A stretch of 45,629 bases of DNA. It comes from an uncultured Muribaculaceae bacterium. Lineage in GTDB: Bacteria > Bacillota_I > Bacilli_A > RF39 > UBA660. Positions 1 to 9,592 of the stretch are shown in pieces. A program made the translations under genes and the position numbers. Location of the stretch: contig CAZKKR010000003.1 in NCBI GenBank assembly GCA_964553605.1, positions 1 to 45,629 on the forward strand, in the 5' to 3' direction. Below the pieces are notes generated by a model. It had not been told where the DNA came from and did not search any database. It saw nothing but the letters and a program-made list of their open reading frames with translations. The number at the start of each line of letters is the position of its first letter. The stretch's first letter is position 1.

Positions 1-1055
1 CGATTATATATAAATTTAAAAATACGTTGTCTCAAAAATTCGATAAGAAAACCAACACTAAAAATAATAATACCAACACTAAAAATTTGCACAAATACTA
101 TTCTTCCAGTAATAACTGTTGGAAATTTAAATACATCATACATATTATTTCGCATAAAAAGATTTTCATGAATTAAATATATCCCAAAAGTAGTTGAAGA
201 TAAAGTATTTATTATTTTACTACTAAACGACATATAATAAAAACACATAAAATAACAAATAGATCCAAGAATAACAAGAGGATTATCATATTGAATAAAA
301 CTTATAAATAACTTATTACCAATATAACTAAAAATACCTTTATATTTCATAAATTCTATACCAACCAGATGCAATGAAAAATTAAAAAAAGCAAATATAA
401 AAAACATAATTATAAAAAATAAATATTGAGCACTTGCTGAAAATCTAGTTCCTATATACGTCTCGCTTATTGGATACTTTCGTAAGTAAGCCCCAATAAA
501 ATATAAAAAAGTAAAGCTAGCAAATGAATAACCATAATTAACAGTATTATAAAGTGCTTCTTGTGTTGTTAATGTAGACAAAACAGAAAACAACAAAAAC
601 ATAATTAATAGTAAATTAAAATGTTGCTTTTTATCAATATGATTTAAGAACTCATTATAAAAAGGTGAAAAAATATAAAGCAAAAGATAAATTCTAATAA
701 ACCAATAATTTTCTAAATCAAATGGAGCAAAATTTCTAACAATTGTAATAGAATTAACTTCAGCAATACCCAAAAAACAAAAAATTAAAAAAATGACAAT
801 TTTATAAAAAATGACAGCATTATTCAATTGTAAAACTTTTGATAATTTAAAATTTGATTGACATTGAAAAAATCCCGATAATAAAACAAATGAATTAACA
901 TGCACCACAAAAATTGATCTAAATATGTCAAAATAAATTTTCATCTTAGGAGAAGCCATATCCATATCAACTCCATAAAGAAAAATATGCCAAATTATAA
1001 TCATAAACATTGATATAATTCTCATTAATTCAAAATTACTTTTTCTTACCTTCAT
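1..1055 (-). pseudogene. Acyltransferase family 3 (OafA/WecH-like membrane O-acyltransferase); 3' end runs off the window; reading frame broken between 660 and 722
   Basis: Absent from the supplied ORF track. Minus-strand ATG at 1053-1055 follows GAGG with a 7-nt spacer. Translation MKVRKSNFELMRIISMFMIIIWHIF...VNSFVLLSGFF...RNFAPF is open down to 720. The same frame is open again from 692 to base 1 (...FYNEFLNHIDKK...TTFGIYLIHENLF...). Polytopic membrane protein with acyltransferase_3-like motifs. Within 660-722 this frame carries TGA (717-719) and TAG (693-695), while the adjacent frame reads HFDLENYWFIRIYLLLYIFSPF. Confidence 0.6.
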
Positions 1056-1144
1056 ACAAAAACCTCACAATACTTGCTAGTAAAGCTCACCCACAATCAT
1101 TCTTTAAATAATAAAAATAAGTAATTACACAAATAAGAATAAAC

Positions 1145-1906
1145 TTATTTCCAAAACATAAGTTTCTTCATCAAAGATTGCATACGTTGTTTAAACATAT
1201 TTTCTTCAACATTAAACACAGGCATTTCAATTATTTTATAATCCTTATTCTTTCTAATCCAAACATTAAATAATCTTTCTGATAAAAAGCCAAAAACTCT
1301 ACAATTATAATCATCTCTATCGTTTAAGTCAATTTTATTTTCTAGTTCAAACAGAATATCGAATAACCATTTAGAATATGAATCAAATATTTCCTTACGC
1401 ATTATCATCATATTGAATGGAAAATAATAATTATTATTAAAAACATACTCAAATGCATCACTATATTCAGGAAATTTTAATTTTAAGACTTTCCCGCAAA
1501 CATATAAATCATTGGCAATATGACTCTTTACATATTGGCCTTTAACTGTACTTCCCCAAGTATAACCTCGCTGAGGAACAATTATATCATATTTATTAAG
1601 TAAATTAATTATATCTTTTTTTTCCAATATTTTATTTGAAAAAATACCCTTATAAAAATAACGTCTATAATGAACCAAGCCAACAATTTTAGCTTTGATA
1701 TTTTTCTATATATAATAAATACCCGTAAGTTCACAATAATTTGGGTTTTTATATGATATATTTATATTTTTACAATCTTGTAAATAACCTAAATAATTAC
1801 CATTAATACTTCCAACATGAAGTGGCACGTATATAGAATTATTAGGTTTATCAAATTTCTTGTGAGCAGCAATAAAAATTTCGACGTCCTTCATCATATT
1901 CACCAA
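1145..1906 (-). pseudogene. DUF4422-family glycosyltransferase interrupted by one in-frame TAG
   Basis: Track ORFs 1706..1906 and 1145..1678 share a frame (both codon phases = 1 mod 3) and are separated only by TAG at 1706-1708. Read-through gives ...NPNYCELTGIYYI*KNIKAKIVGLVHYRRYFY. The stop sits where the family motif has Trp (YW.WKN), so TGG->TAG. The probable true start is ATG 1892-1894 (MKDVEIFIAAHKKF) after GGTGA. Confidence 0.75.
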
Positions 1907-1945
1907 CTACATTATATCATATAGAAAAGGACATTATCAAGGAAC

Positions 1946-1970
1946 ATAAAAAAGAATCCACTGATTCTTT
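1946..1970 (-). terminator. Rho-independent terminator after the 1985..3400 gene
   Basis: Minus strand reads AAGAATC-AGTG-GATTCTT followed by TTTTTA. Confidence 0.6.
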
Positions 1971-1984
1971 TATTAAAACAATTA

Positions 1985-3400
1985 TTATTTTTTAAAATAT
2001 CTATCGAAAAAATCAAACACCTCAGAACCGCTTACTAAACTCATTTCAACATTTATATTTAATTTTTTTACATTTTTTAATACAATATTAGGATCACTAT
2101 TAACAGACAAATACGCATTACCATATTTAATACAATTATTGAGTTTAGACAAATTCTTGTTTCTTCCATTAGCATTAATTCTTTTTATTTTTGTTAACTC
2201 ACAAAAAGAAGGATCAAACCTAACTTTCTTTGCATCCAATGGTATATTAACATTAACATAATACTTGCCATTTTTCATTTTATATGGCATTATAACCGAA
2301 TCTTTTTCCGAAAAACCATTACCAAAATCAAAATAAAACTGACAATAATGTAATTTGAAATTTTTATTAATAAAACTAATTTTTTTGGCATACTGTTCAA
2401 AAAATAATGGACCTTTTCTTTTTAAATGAGGATATTTTTTTAACACTTTTGACAAATCAAATTTTTTAGTTTTAAAAATTTTAACAAGTGCTTTTTTCAT
2501 CATTTTTTCAAAACAAAAATGATTATAACCAAATTTTCTTATCTCATTCAAATCATTTAAACAACTATCATACCCAAAAATTATATCATTATATAATTCT
2601 TCAGCAGTTCGTTTTTTAAAAGAACTTTTTCCAGAAAAAGCATAAGCATAAGCTTTTTCAATATTTTGCATTGTAATATATCCCTCACCACCAAATCTGT
2701 CATAACAATAAACTGGGATACCAAGAGAAATAGCATCATTAACAGTACGACCAATAGTAATAATTAAATCATATTTAACAAGAACTTTAGGAGTAACTTT
2801 CAAATATTTATGCCCAACACCATATATGTCTATTTTCCTTCCTACATTTTTTTGATAAATATCTACAAATTCTAATAATTCATTAGGAACATGATTAGAA
2901 ACAACACAAATATTTTTAAGTGTTTTCTTTTTTACTTTACGATTAAAGTTTTTTTCAAAAGAATAATTAGTAAACAAAGATATTTGATTAATATTAAATC
3001 CTTCTTTTTCTAAAGTCAATAAAGTATGTTCTGACATTGCAGAAACCAAATTTAATTCTTTATAGTATTCAGGCAATGATTCCAAGCCCATAATAGCTGA
3101 CAAAGATAAATAATGAATATAATCAGCAGAAATTTTTTTAGAAAACAATAAATAATCTAAAAGCGGAAAATGATGAGACCAAATCAAATCATAATGTGAT
3201 TTTAAATCATATAAATTATTGACACTAATAATCTTTACATCATCATCAATATCATTAATAAGTGGATAATCACATTCAAAAGTAAAAATAGATACATCCC
3301 AACCACATTTCAAAAAATATGTAGCCATTGTCAAAGTATCCAATTCTGAACCGGAATAATTAATCATTTGAAAATTTGTAAGCAAAACTGATTTTTTCAT
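1985..3400 (-). CDS. GT-B fold (GT4-like) glycosyltransferase with an unassigned C-terminal extension of about 170 aa
   Basis: 471-aa ORF with RBS AGAGGTGAT upstream. The N-terminal two thirds show the alternating beta-alpha pattern of GT-B enzymes (KNICVVSNHVPNE..., IITIGRTVNDAISLGIPVYCYD). Sits in a polysaccharide locus next to the rfb genes. Family assignment is weak. Confidence 0.5.
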   Translation of the reverse strand: MKKSVLLTNFQMINYSGSELDTLTMATYFLKCGWDVSIFTFECDYPLINDIDDDVKIISVNNLYDLKSHYDLIWSHHFPLLDYLLFSKKISADYIHYLSLSAIMGLESLPEYYKELNLVSAMSEHTLLTLEKEGFNINQISLFTNYSFEKNFNRKVKKKTLKNICVVSNHVPNELLEFVDIYQKNVGRKIDIYGVGHKYLKVTPKVLVKYDLIITIGRTVNDAISLGIPVYCYDRFGGEGYITMQNIEKAYAYAFSGKSSFKKRTAEELYNDIIFGYDSCLNDLNEIRKFGYNHFCFEKMMKKALVKIFKTKKFDLSKVLKKYPHLKRKGPLFFEQYAKKISFINKNFKLHYCQFYFDFGNGFSEKDSVIMPYKMKNGKYYVNVNIPLDAKKVRFDPSFCELTKIKRINANGRNKNLSKLNNCIKYGNAYLSVNSDPNIVLKNVKKLNINVEMSLVSGSEVFDFFDRYFKK

Positions 3401-3448
3401 TATATCACCTCTATATATTATTTTAGCAAAATAAGCTAATCAAGTCTA

Positions 3449-3473
3449 TAAAAAAAGAACCTATTGGTTCTTA
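3449..3473 (-). terminator. Terminator of the rfb operon; hairpin includes the rfbC stop codon
   Basis: Minus strand reads AAGAACC-AATA-GGTTCTT followed by TTTTTTT. Confidence 0.65.
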
Positions 3474-4045
3474 TAAGTAAAATATTTAGGACTTTTCGAT
3501 AAAACTTTATGCTTGGCATCTTTTTCAGAAGTAAGTGGTGTCTCTATACCATATTCATCAAACATTCCTTGCCAATCAATATTAAGTTCTGGATCATTCC
3601 AATATATGCCGCCTTCCATATCAGGAGCATAATCATTATCAATTAAATATTGGAAAATAGTATTATCTTCTAAACTTACAAATCCATGAGCAAATCCTCT
3701 TGGAACAAAAAGTTGTCTATTATTATCTGGTGTAAGTAATACTGAAGTGCTTTGACCATAAGTTGGTGAACCCTCTCTAATATCAACTACAACATCTATT
3801 GCTGAACCACTAATAACTTCAACTATTTTAGCCTGACATTTAGGATCTTTTTGAAAATGAAGACCTCTAACAACCCCTTTAGAACTTTTACTACGATTAG
3901 CTTGCACGACTCTTTCAAACTTTATTCCAAGTTTATTTAAGTCTTCTTGAATAAAATAAGGACTAAAATAACCTCTAGCATCACCAAATTTATCAGGTTC
4001 TAGTATAAAACAGTCTTGCAAATTAGTATCTATTTTTTTTACCAT
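3461..4045 (-). CDS. rfbC: dTDP-4-dehydrorhamnose 3,5-epimerase
   Basis: 194 aa. Cupin epimerase motifs FGDARGYF, RGLHFQ, VPRGFAHGF. Last gene of the rfbA-D-B-C block. Confidence 0.95.
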   Translation of the reverse strand: MVKKIDTNLQDCFILEPDKFGDARGYFSPYFIQEDLNKLGIKFERVVQANRSKSSKGVVRGLHFQKDPKCQAKIVEVISGSAIDVVVDIREGSPTYGQSTSVLLTPDNNRQLFVPRGFAHGFVSLEDNTIFQYLIDNDYAPDMEGGIYWNDPELNIDWQGMFDEYGIETPLTSEKDAKHKVLSKSPKYFTYKNQ

Positions 4046-4053
4046 AATTCCTC

Positions 4054-5070
4054 CTATTTTTTTAAAGTTTTTTGATAAGCGGTTTTATATTCGCCACTTT
4101 TTATATCATTAATCCAATCTTGATTGTCTAAGTACCAATCAACAGTTTCTTTAATACCATTTTCAAAATTATAAGTAAGACTCCAACCAAGTTCTTCTTC
4201 TACCTTAGATGAATCAATGGCATATCTTAAATCATGCCCTTTTCTATCTTCTACAAAAGTAATCAAGTCTTCAGATTTTCCCATTTGTTTTAAAATAGTT
4301 TTAACAACATCTAAATTAGTTCTTTCAGAATGTCCTCCCAAGTTATAAACTTCGCCTTCTTTGCCTTCTCTAACGATTAAATCAACACCAATATTATGAT
4401 CAATTACATGAATCCAATCACGAACATTAGCCCCTACTCCATAAACAGGAATAGGTTCGTCATTTAAAGCCTTAGAAATAACAACGGGAATAAGTTTTTC
4501 AGGAAATTGATAAGGACCATAATTATTTGAACATCTTGAAATAGTTACTGGAAGACCAAATGTTCTTCTATAAGCCATAACTAATAAATCAGCTGATGCT
4601 TTAGAAGTAGAATATGGACTAGATGTATGAATTGGTGTTTCTTCAGTAAAAAGTAAATCTGGTCTATCCAAAGGAAGATCACCATAAACTTCATCTGTAG
4701 AAATTTGATGATACCTTTTAATTCCATATTTTCTACAAGCATCTAATAAAGCTAAAGTACCTTTAATATTCGTATCGATAAATATTTCAGGATTTTTAAT
4801 ACTATTATCAACATGACTTTCAGCAGCAAAATTAATTACAATATCAAATTTTTCATCCTCAAATAGTTTAAAGATAAAATTTCTATCAGTAATATCTCCT
4901 TTAACAAATTTATAATTTGGTTTACCTTCTAAATCTTTTATATTATTATAATTTCCCGCATAAGTTAAAGCGTCCAAGCAAACAAAATTATCCTCAGGAT
5001 ATTTTGCTACCTCATAATGCATAAAATTACTGCCGATAAAACCGGCTCCACCTGTTACTAATATTTTCAT
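4054..5070 (-). CDS. rfbB: dTDP-glucose 4,6-dehydratase
   Basis: 338 aa. GGAGFIGSNF Rossmann motif, STDEVYG, and the YSTSKASADLLV (YxxxK) SDR catalytic motif. Confidence 0.95.
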   Translation of the reverse strand: MKILVTGGAGFIGSNFMHYEVAKYPEDNFVCLDALTYAGNYNNIKDLEGKPNYKFVKGDITDRNFIFKLFEDEKFDIVINFAAESHVDNSIKNPEIFIDTNIKGTLALLDACRKYGIKRYHQISTDEVYGDLPLDRPDLLFTEETPIHTSSPYSTSKASADLLVMAYRRTFGLPVTISRCSNNYGPYQFPEKLIPVVISKALNDEPIPVYGVGANVRDWIHVIDHNIGVDLIVREGKEGEVYNLGGHSERTNLDVVKTILKQMGKSEDLITFVEDRKGHDLRYAIDSSKVEEELGWSLTYNFENGIKETVDWYLDNQDWINDIKSGEYKTAYQKTLKK

Positions 5071-5073
5071 AAA

Positions 5074-5952
5074 TTATCTCCTCAATATTTTAGATTTTAT
5101 AAGCTCTTCGCTATATCTTTCAGTCGCATCTTCCCAAGTAGGAAGTCTATCAAATCCATTTTCTTCAAGTTTATTTTTAGAAAGTCTTGAATTTCTAGGA
5201 CGATATGCTTGCTTAGTTCCAGTAATTTCTAAATATTCCTCAGTTGAAACATGATTAACGACCACATTTTTATTATTTATTTTAAATATGTATTCCGCAA
5301 AATCAGCCCATGATACATATCCTTCATTAGTTGCATTATATGTACCATATTTGTCAGACTGAGCCATATCGACAAGTAACTTAGCTAAATCAACAGTATA
5401 AGTTGGACTTCCAATCTGATCATCAACGACATTTAAAGTAGAATGATTATCAGAAAGTTTAAGCATTGTACGAATAAAATTATTTCCATTTATACCAAAT
5501 ACCCAAGAGATTCTAGTGATAAAATGGTTAGGATTTCTTCTAACTTCTACCTCACCATCATATTTAGTTTTACCATAAACACTCATAGGATGAACTTCAT
5601 CCTCTTCAGTATAAACCCCTTCTTTAGTTCCATCAAACACATAATCTGTAGACATATATATTATTTTAGAACCAGTTTCAATAGAAGCATCAACAATATT
5701 TCTAGTGCCTATAACATTAACTTTTTCACACTCTTCACTCATATCTTCAGCTTTATCTACAGCTGTCCAAGCTGCACAGTGAAAAATAACATCGGGTTTA
5801 TAATTACAAATAACTTCATGAACCTTTTCACTATCGGTTATATCCATATCGGTTCTATCTAAAGCTAAAACATCATTATAACCACGTCTCGTAAGTTCTT
5901 TTTGAATATCAAATCCAAGTTGCCCTCTATAACCTGTAATTAAAAATTTCAT
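5074..5952 (-). CDS. rfbD: dTDP-4-dehydrorhamnose reductase
   Basis: 292 aa. ITGYRGQLG, HCAAWTAVDKAE, YGKTKYDGE motifs. Abuts rfbA (5952/5953). Confidence 0.95.
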   Translation of the reverse strand: MKFLITGYRGQLGFDIQKELTRRGYNDVLALDRTDMDITDSEKVHEVICNYKPDVIFHCAAWTAVDKAEDMSEECEKVNVIGTRNIVDASIETGSKIIYMSTDYVFDGTKEGVYTEEDEVHPMSVYGKTKYDGEVEVRRNPNHFITRISWVFGINGNNFIRTMLKLSDNHSTLNVVDDQIGSPTYTVDLAKLLVDMAQSDKYGTYNATNEGYVSWADFAEYIFKINNKNVVVNHVSTEEYLEITGTKQAYRPRNSRLSKNKLEENGFDRLPTWEDATERYSEELIKSKILRR

Positions 5953-6843
5953 TTAACGTCTCCTCTTATTTGCTAATCTATTTAAATATTTTCCATATGA
6001 ATTTTTACTTAAAACTTTTGCTCTATCCTGAAGTTGTTCATTATCCATCCAACCATTACCATAAGCAATAGCTTCTGGACAGCAAATAACAACATCTCTA
6101 TTGTTTTCAATTGTTCTAACCATATTTGAAGCATCAAGCAAACTATCAAAAGTTCCAGTATCAAACCAAGTATAACCATCACCCAAAAGACAAGCTCTTA
6201 AATCACCTTTTTGTAAATACATATCATTTAAAGTGGTGATTTCAAGTTCACCTCTATCAGAAGGTTTTACTTCTTTGGCCATATCGCTTACCCCTTTAGG
6301 GTAAAAATAAAGACCTGTGATCGCATAATCACTTTTCGGATGTTTTGGCTTTTCTTCAACACTTAAAACATAAGTTCCAGATTCTGATTCCTCGATTTCC
6401 ATGATTCCAAATCTTTCAGGATCTTTTACTTGATAACCAAATATAGTAGCTTTATCATCTTTAGTATTATCTATAGCTTCTTTTAAAGCTTTCTTTAGAC
6501 CACTACCATAAAAAATGTTATCGCCTAAAACCATCGCACAAGCTTCATCACCGATAAATTCTTCACCAATTATAAATGCTTGCGCAAGACCATCAGGACT
6601 AGGTTGGATAGCATAATTAATATTAATGCCAAACTGCGAACCATCATCAAGCAATCTCTTAAAATTTTCTTGGTCATCAGGCGTTGTGATAACTAAGATA
6701 TCTTTAATGCCAGCTTCCATTAAAACTGAAAGCGGATAGTAAATCATTGGTTTATCATAAACCGGAATTAATTGTTTACTAGTTCCCTCCGTAATCGGAT
6801 ATAATCTAGTTCCAGAGCCCCCTGCTAAAATTATTCCCTTCAT
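5953..6843 (-). CDS. rfbA: Glucose-1-phosphate thymidylyltransferase
   Basis: 296 aa. [18 protein letters not shown] and LGDNIFYG motifs. RBS GAGGAGG upstream. Confidence 0.95.
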   Translation of the reverse strand: MKGIILAGGSGTRLYPITEGTSKQLIPVYDKPMIYYPLSVLMEAGIKDILVITTPDDQENFKRLLDDGSQFGININYAIQPSPDGLAQAFIIGEEFIGDEACAMVLGDNIFYGSGLKKALKEAIDNTKDDKATIFGYQVKDPERFGIMEIEESESGTYVLSVEEKPKHPKSDYAITGLYFYPKGVSDMAKEVKPSDRGELEITTLNDMYLQKGDLRACLLGDGYTWFDTGTFDSLLDASNMVRTIENNRDVVICCPEAIAYGNGWMDNEQLQDRAKVLSKNSYGKYLNRLANKRRR

Positions 6844-6951
6844 TAATTTACCTCCTCAACAAATTATAACTCATAAAATGTCTATTTAAATTCTAGCACA
6901 AATATAAATAAATATCAAATTAGAAAATAAGAAAAAAAGCCCCAATAAGGA

Positions 6952-7506
6952 CTAATAATTTTCTGCCATAATTTCAAAATAACTTTGTGGATGAGCACAA
7001 ACTGGACACATCTTAGGTGCTTCTTCTCCATAATGAACATGACCACAGTTACGGCAAACCCACATCTTAGGAGCTTCACTTTTAAATACCTTCTCGGCTT
7101 TAACAGATTCTAATAACTTTCTATATCTTTCTTCATGATGTTTTTCGATTTCCCCTACTTTTTCAAACAAAAAAGCAATTCTATCAAAACCTTCTTCTTT
7201 AGCCACTTTCGCAAACTCTTTATACATCGTAGTATGCTCATAATTTTCACCTGAAGCAGCCATTTCTAAAGCTTCAGCAGTAGTTACTTTTAAACTATCT
7301 TTAACATCGCCGCCATTTTATAATTTAATACACATCTTCGCATGTTCTTTTTCATTATTTGCCGTCTCTTCAAATATTGATGAAATTTGAACATATCCTT
7401 CCTTTTTCGCCGCTGAAGCAAAATAAGTATATTTATTTCTAGCTTGGCTTTCCCCAGCAAAAGCTTCTAATAAATTTGCTTCTGTTTTAGATCCTTTTAA
7501 TTCCAT
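6952..7506 (-). pseudogene. rbr: Rubrerythrin interrupted by one in-frame TAA
   Basis: Track ORFs 7318..7515 and 6952..7263 share a frame. Read-through gives ...[45 protein letters not shown]..., a complete rubrerythrin (ferritin-like di-iron domain plus C-terminal CxxC...CxxC rubredoxin module). The stop at 7318-7320 sits where the family has Leu (KLL.GG), so TTA->TAA. Probable start is ATG 7504-7506 (MELKGSKTE) after AAGGA. Confidence 0.8.
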
Positions 7507-7544
7507 TTTTATCATCCTTTCTTGGAATATAATCCATTAAGTAA

Positions 7545-7562
7545 ATTATACAATGATTGTAA
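7545..7562 (-). promoter_or_regulatory. Fur/PerR-type 6-1-6 palindrome overlapping the putative -10 of the rubrerythrin promoter
   Basis: Minus strand reads TTACAATCATTGTATAAT. TACAAT-C-ATTGTA is a perfect inverted repeat resembling the Per box TTATAATnATTATAA. TATAAT (7545-7550) lies 17 nt downstream of TTTACT. Confidence 0.3.
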
Positions 7563-7648
7563 ACAAAAGTAAATTAAAAAACTAAATTTTAAAAGAAATA
7601 TATAATCTTATATTTAAATATTGTATAATAAATTATAAGGTGATAATT

Positions 7649-9541
7649 ATGGATAAAAATGAACTTACAAAAAAACAAGAAGAACTTAAAAAAATACTGT
7701 TTGAAAATAACGACAAAAATTTTTATAAAAAATATAATAAACAAGAAAGACGCAAAAAACCTATCTTTACTAATTTTATGCTATCACTCATGCTAATACT
7801 AACATTTATATTTTCACTTTTCTTAATCTTTGATTCAACAGATAGAATAAATGAAACATATGAAATAATAAACGCTCTACTTATAATATCTATCGCTGTA
7901 AGCTTTGTCGTAACTTTCCCAAAAAATAGAAAACATAAATCCGGTAGTACCATTGTTACAAGCATGCTTATAATATTTACAATAATATTTAATAGTTTCT
8001 ACTTACTTGATATGATTAAACTGCCAACTCAAAGACATCTGCCAGATTTCTATAACAAAAATTTAACGGAAGTAATAAAATGGACAGAAAATAATAAAAT
8101 AAATCACAAAGAAACATTTGAATATAGTGACAACGTTAAAAAATATATGGTCATAAGTCAAACTGAAAAACCAAAAACATTACTTAAAAGAATAAAAGAA
8201 GTAGAATTCACAATATCAAATGGCCCAGACTATTCGAAAGAAGTTATCATTCCTGATATGAATGGCTGGACAACAAATGAAGTCCTAAAATTTATCGATG
8301 AAAACTATTTAAATAATGTTCAAATAAATTTTGAGGAAAATAAAGAAATTAAAAATGACTTAATAATAAAACAAAGTATAACAGGTAAAGCAAAAAGAAA
8401 TGACAGTATCATATTTACCGCATCATTAGGTGATAAAGAAGCTTTAGTCCCTATTAAATTAAAAGATTTAAAAAATAAAAAATTATTAAACGCTACCACA
8501 TATTTAGGCAAACATGGTATATTATATGAAATAAAATATGAGTTTTCAGAAAATACACCAAGAGGACGAATAATAGAAACAAGTCCGAGTAAAGATGCTG
8601 AAGTAAAACCAGACGAAAAAGTGATATTAACTGTATCAAAAGGAAAAGAAATAAAAGTGCCAGATCTTAAAAACAAAACACTAAGTGAAGTAACAAACTG
8701 GATTACTCAAAATAACCTAGAGATTGAATATACCGATAAATATGATAATGATATTAAAAAAGGATTAGTAATTAATACTAACTATAATAAAGGAGATATC
8801 ATAGAAGAAGGAACGAAAGTAATAGTAACCTTTTCCAAAGGAAAACTTGTAATGTCGAAATTCCAAGATTTAAATTCATTTAAAACTTGGGCTGAAGCTT
8901 ATGGCATAAAATATGAAATAAAAGAAGAATTCAATAATGAAATAGCCATAGATAACATAATAAGATTTTCAATTAATGAAAATGAAACAATAAATCCTGA
9001 AAATACTATAATCGCATATATTTCAAAAGGAAAGCCGATAAACGTTCCAAACTTTATCGGTAAAACCAAAAATGAAATTCAAAAAGAATGTAATAGTTTA
9101 GGCATAACCTGCACATACACATATACAAAATCAGATAAAACTGAAGGCACAGCTATTAATCAAAGCATACCTAAAGGAACAGAAATATCTAAAAAACAAA
9201 TTATAAATATTGAAATAGCGACTAAAAAACAAACCACCACACCAAAAAATAATACAAATACTAACACTAATACTAATACAACACCAACACCTACCAATGA
9301 GTGTAATGGTGAAGTATATACAGTTAAAGGACTAAATACAGTATTTAATGAGTGCTCATCATTTAGTGATTGTAAAACTAAAGTTCAAAATTATTTTAAA
9401 GCAAATTATAAAGGTGTTAATGTATATATTAAAGATGACGGTGGATCTTCTGGATTATCTTCTGGATCATTTGTATCCGGAACCGGAAATGGTGCAACAG
9501 TAGAATGTGGCAAAACATATACAATAACTCTTGCAAAATAG
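7649..9541 (+). CDS. Membrane protein with about six PASTA-like repeats and a Cys-containing C-terminal domain; no kinase or transpeptidase domain
   Basis: ATG 7649 follows GGTGA (the track ORF starts 9 nt earlier at GTG). Layout: a basic cytoplasmic N-terminus, three hydrophobic segments, then six repeats of about 65 aa of the form (V/I)PD(L/M)xGxTxxEVxxW....G..V.(T/F)SKG. A T/N-rich linker (TTTPKNNTNTNTNTNTTPTPTNE) leads to an 85-aa tail with four Cys. Confidence 0.7.
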   Translation: MDKNELTKKQEELKKILFENNDKNFYKKYNKQERRKKPIFTNFMLSLMLILTFIFSLFLIFDSTDRINETYEIINALLIISIAVSFVVTFPKNRKHKSGSTIVTSMLIIFTIIFNSFYLLDMIKLPTQRHLPDFYNKNLTEVIKWTENNKINHKETFEYSDNVKKYMVISQTEKPKTLLKRIKEVEFTISNGPDYSKEVIIPDMNGWTTNEVLKFIDENYLNNVQINFEENKEIKNDLIIKQSITGKAKRNDSIIFTASLGDKEALVPIKLKDLKNKKLLNATTYLGKHGILYEIKYEFSENTPRGRIIETSPSKDAEVKPDEKVILTVSKGKEIKVPDLKNKTLSEVTNWITQNNLEIEYTDKYDNDIKKGLVINTNYNKGDIIEEGTKVIVTFSKGKLVMSKFQDLNSFKTWAEAYGIKYEIKEEFNNEIAIDNIIRFSINENETINPENTIIAYISKGKPINVPNFIGKTKNEIQKECNSLGITCTYTYTKSDKTEGTAINQSIPKGTEISKKQIINIEIATKKQTTTPKNNTNTNTNTNTTPTPTNECNGEVYTVKGLNTVFNECSSFSDCKTKVQNYFKANYKGVNVYIKDDGGSSGLSSGSFVSGTGNGATVECGKTYTITLAK

Positions 9542-9564
9542 GAATTAATATTCCTATTTTTTTT
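9540..9564 (+). terminator. Terminator of the PASTA-protein gene
   Basis: AGGAAT-TAAT-ATTCCT followed by ATTTTTTTT. The hairpin starts in the TAG stop codon. Confidence 0.7.
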
Positions 9565-9565
9565 A

Positions 9566-9592
9566 TAAAAAAAATAGGAGATAATCTCCTAT
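9566..9592 (-). terminator. Terminator of the GH73 autolysin gene
   Basis: Minus strand reads ATAGGAGA-TTA-TCTCCTAT followed by TTTTTTTT. Lies back to back with the previous terminator. Confidence 0.7.

Noticed and set aside
5443-5862. Antisense or shadow ORFs in the track: 5443..5862, 7723..7965, 8320..8676, 10571..10801, 11490..11693, 13070..13318, 14794..14997, 16435..16725, 16735..17202, 17260..17448, 19060..19281, 19443..19640, 23902..24141, 24123..24314, 24852..25091, 25764..26024, 26477..26797, 29232..29432, 32277..32516, 33597..33806, 33778..34038.
   Set aside because: Each lies wholly inside a well-supported gene on the opposite strand or in another frame. They have no RBS and show AT-rich-genome shadow composition (I/F/K/N/L-rich, low complexity).
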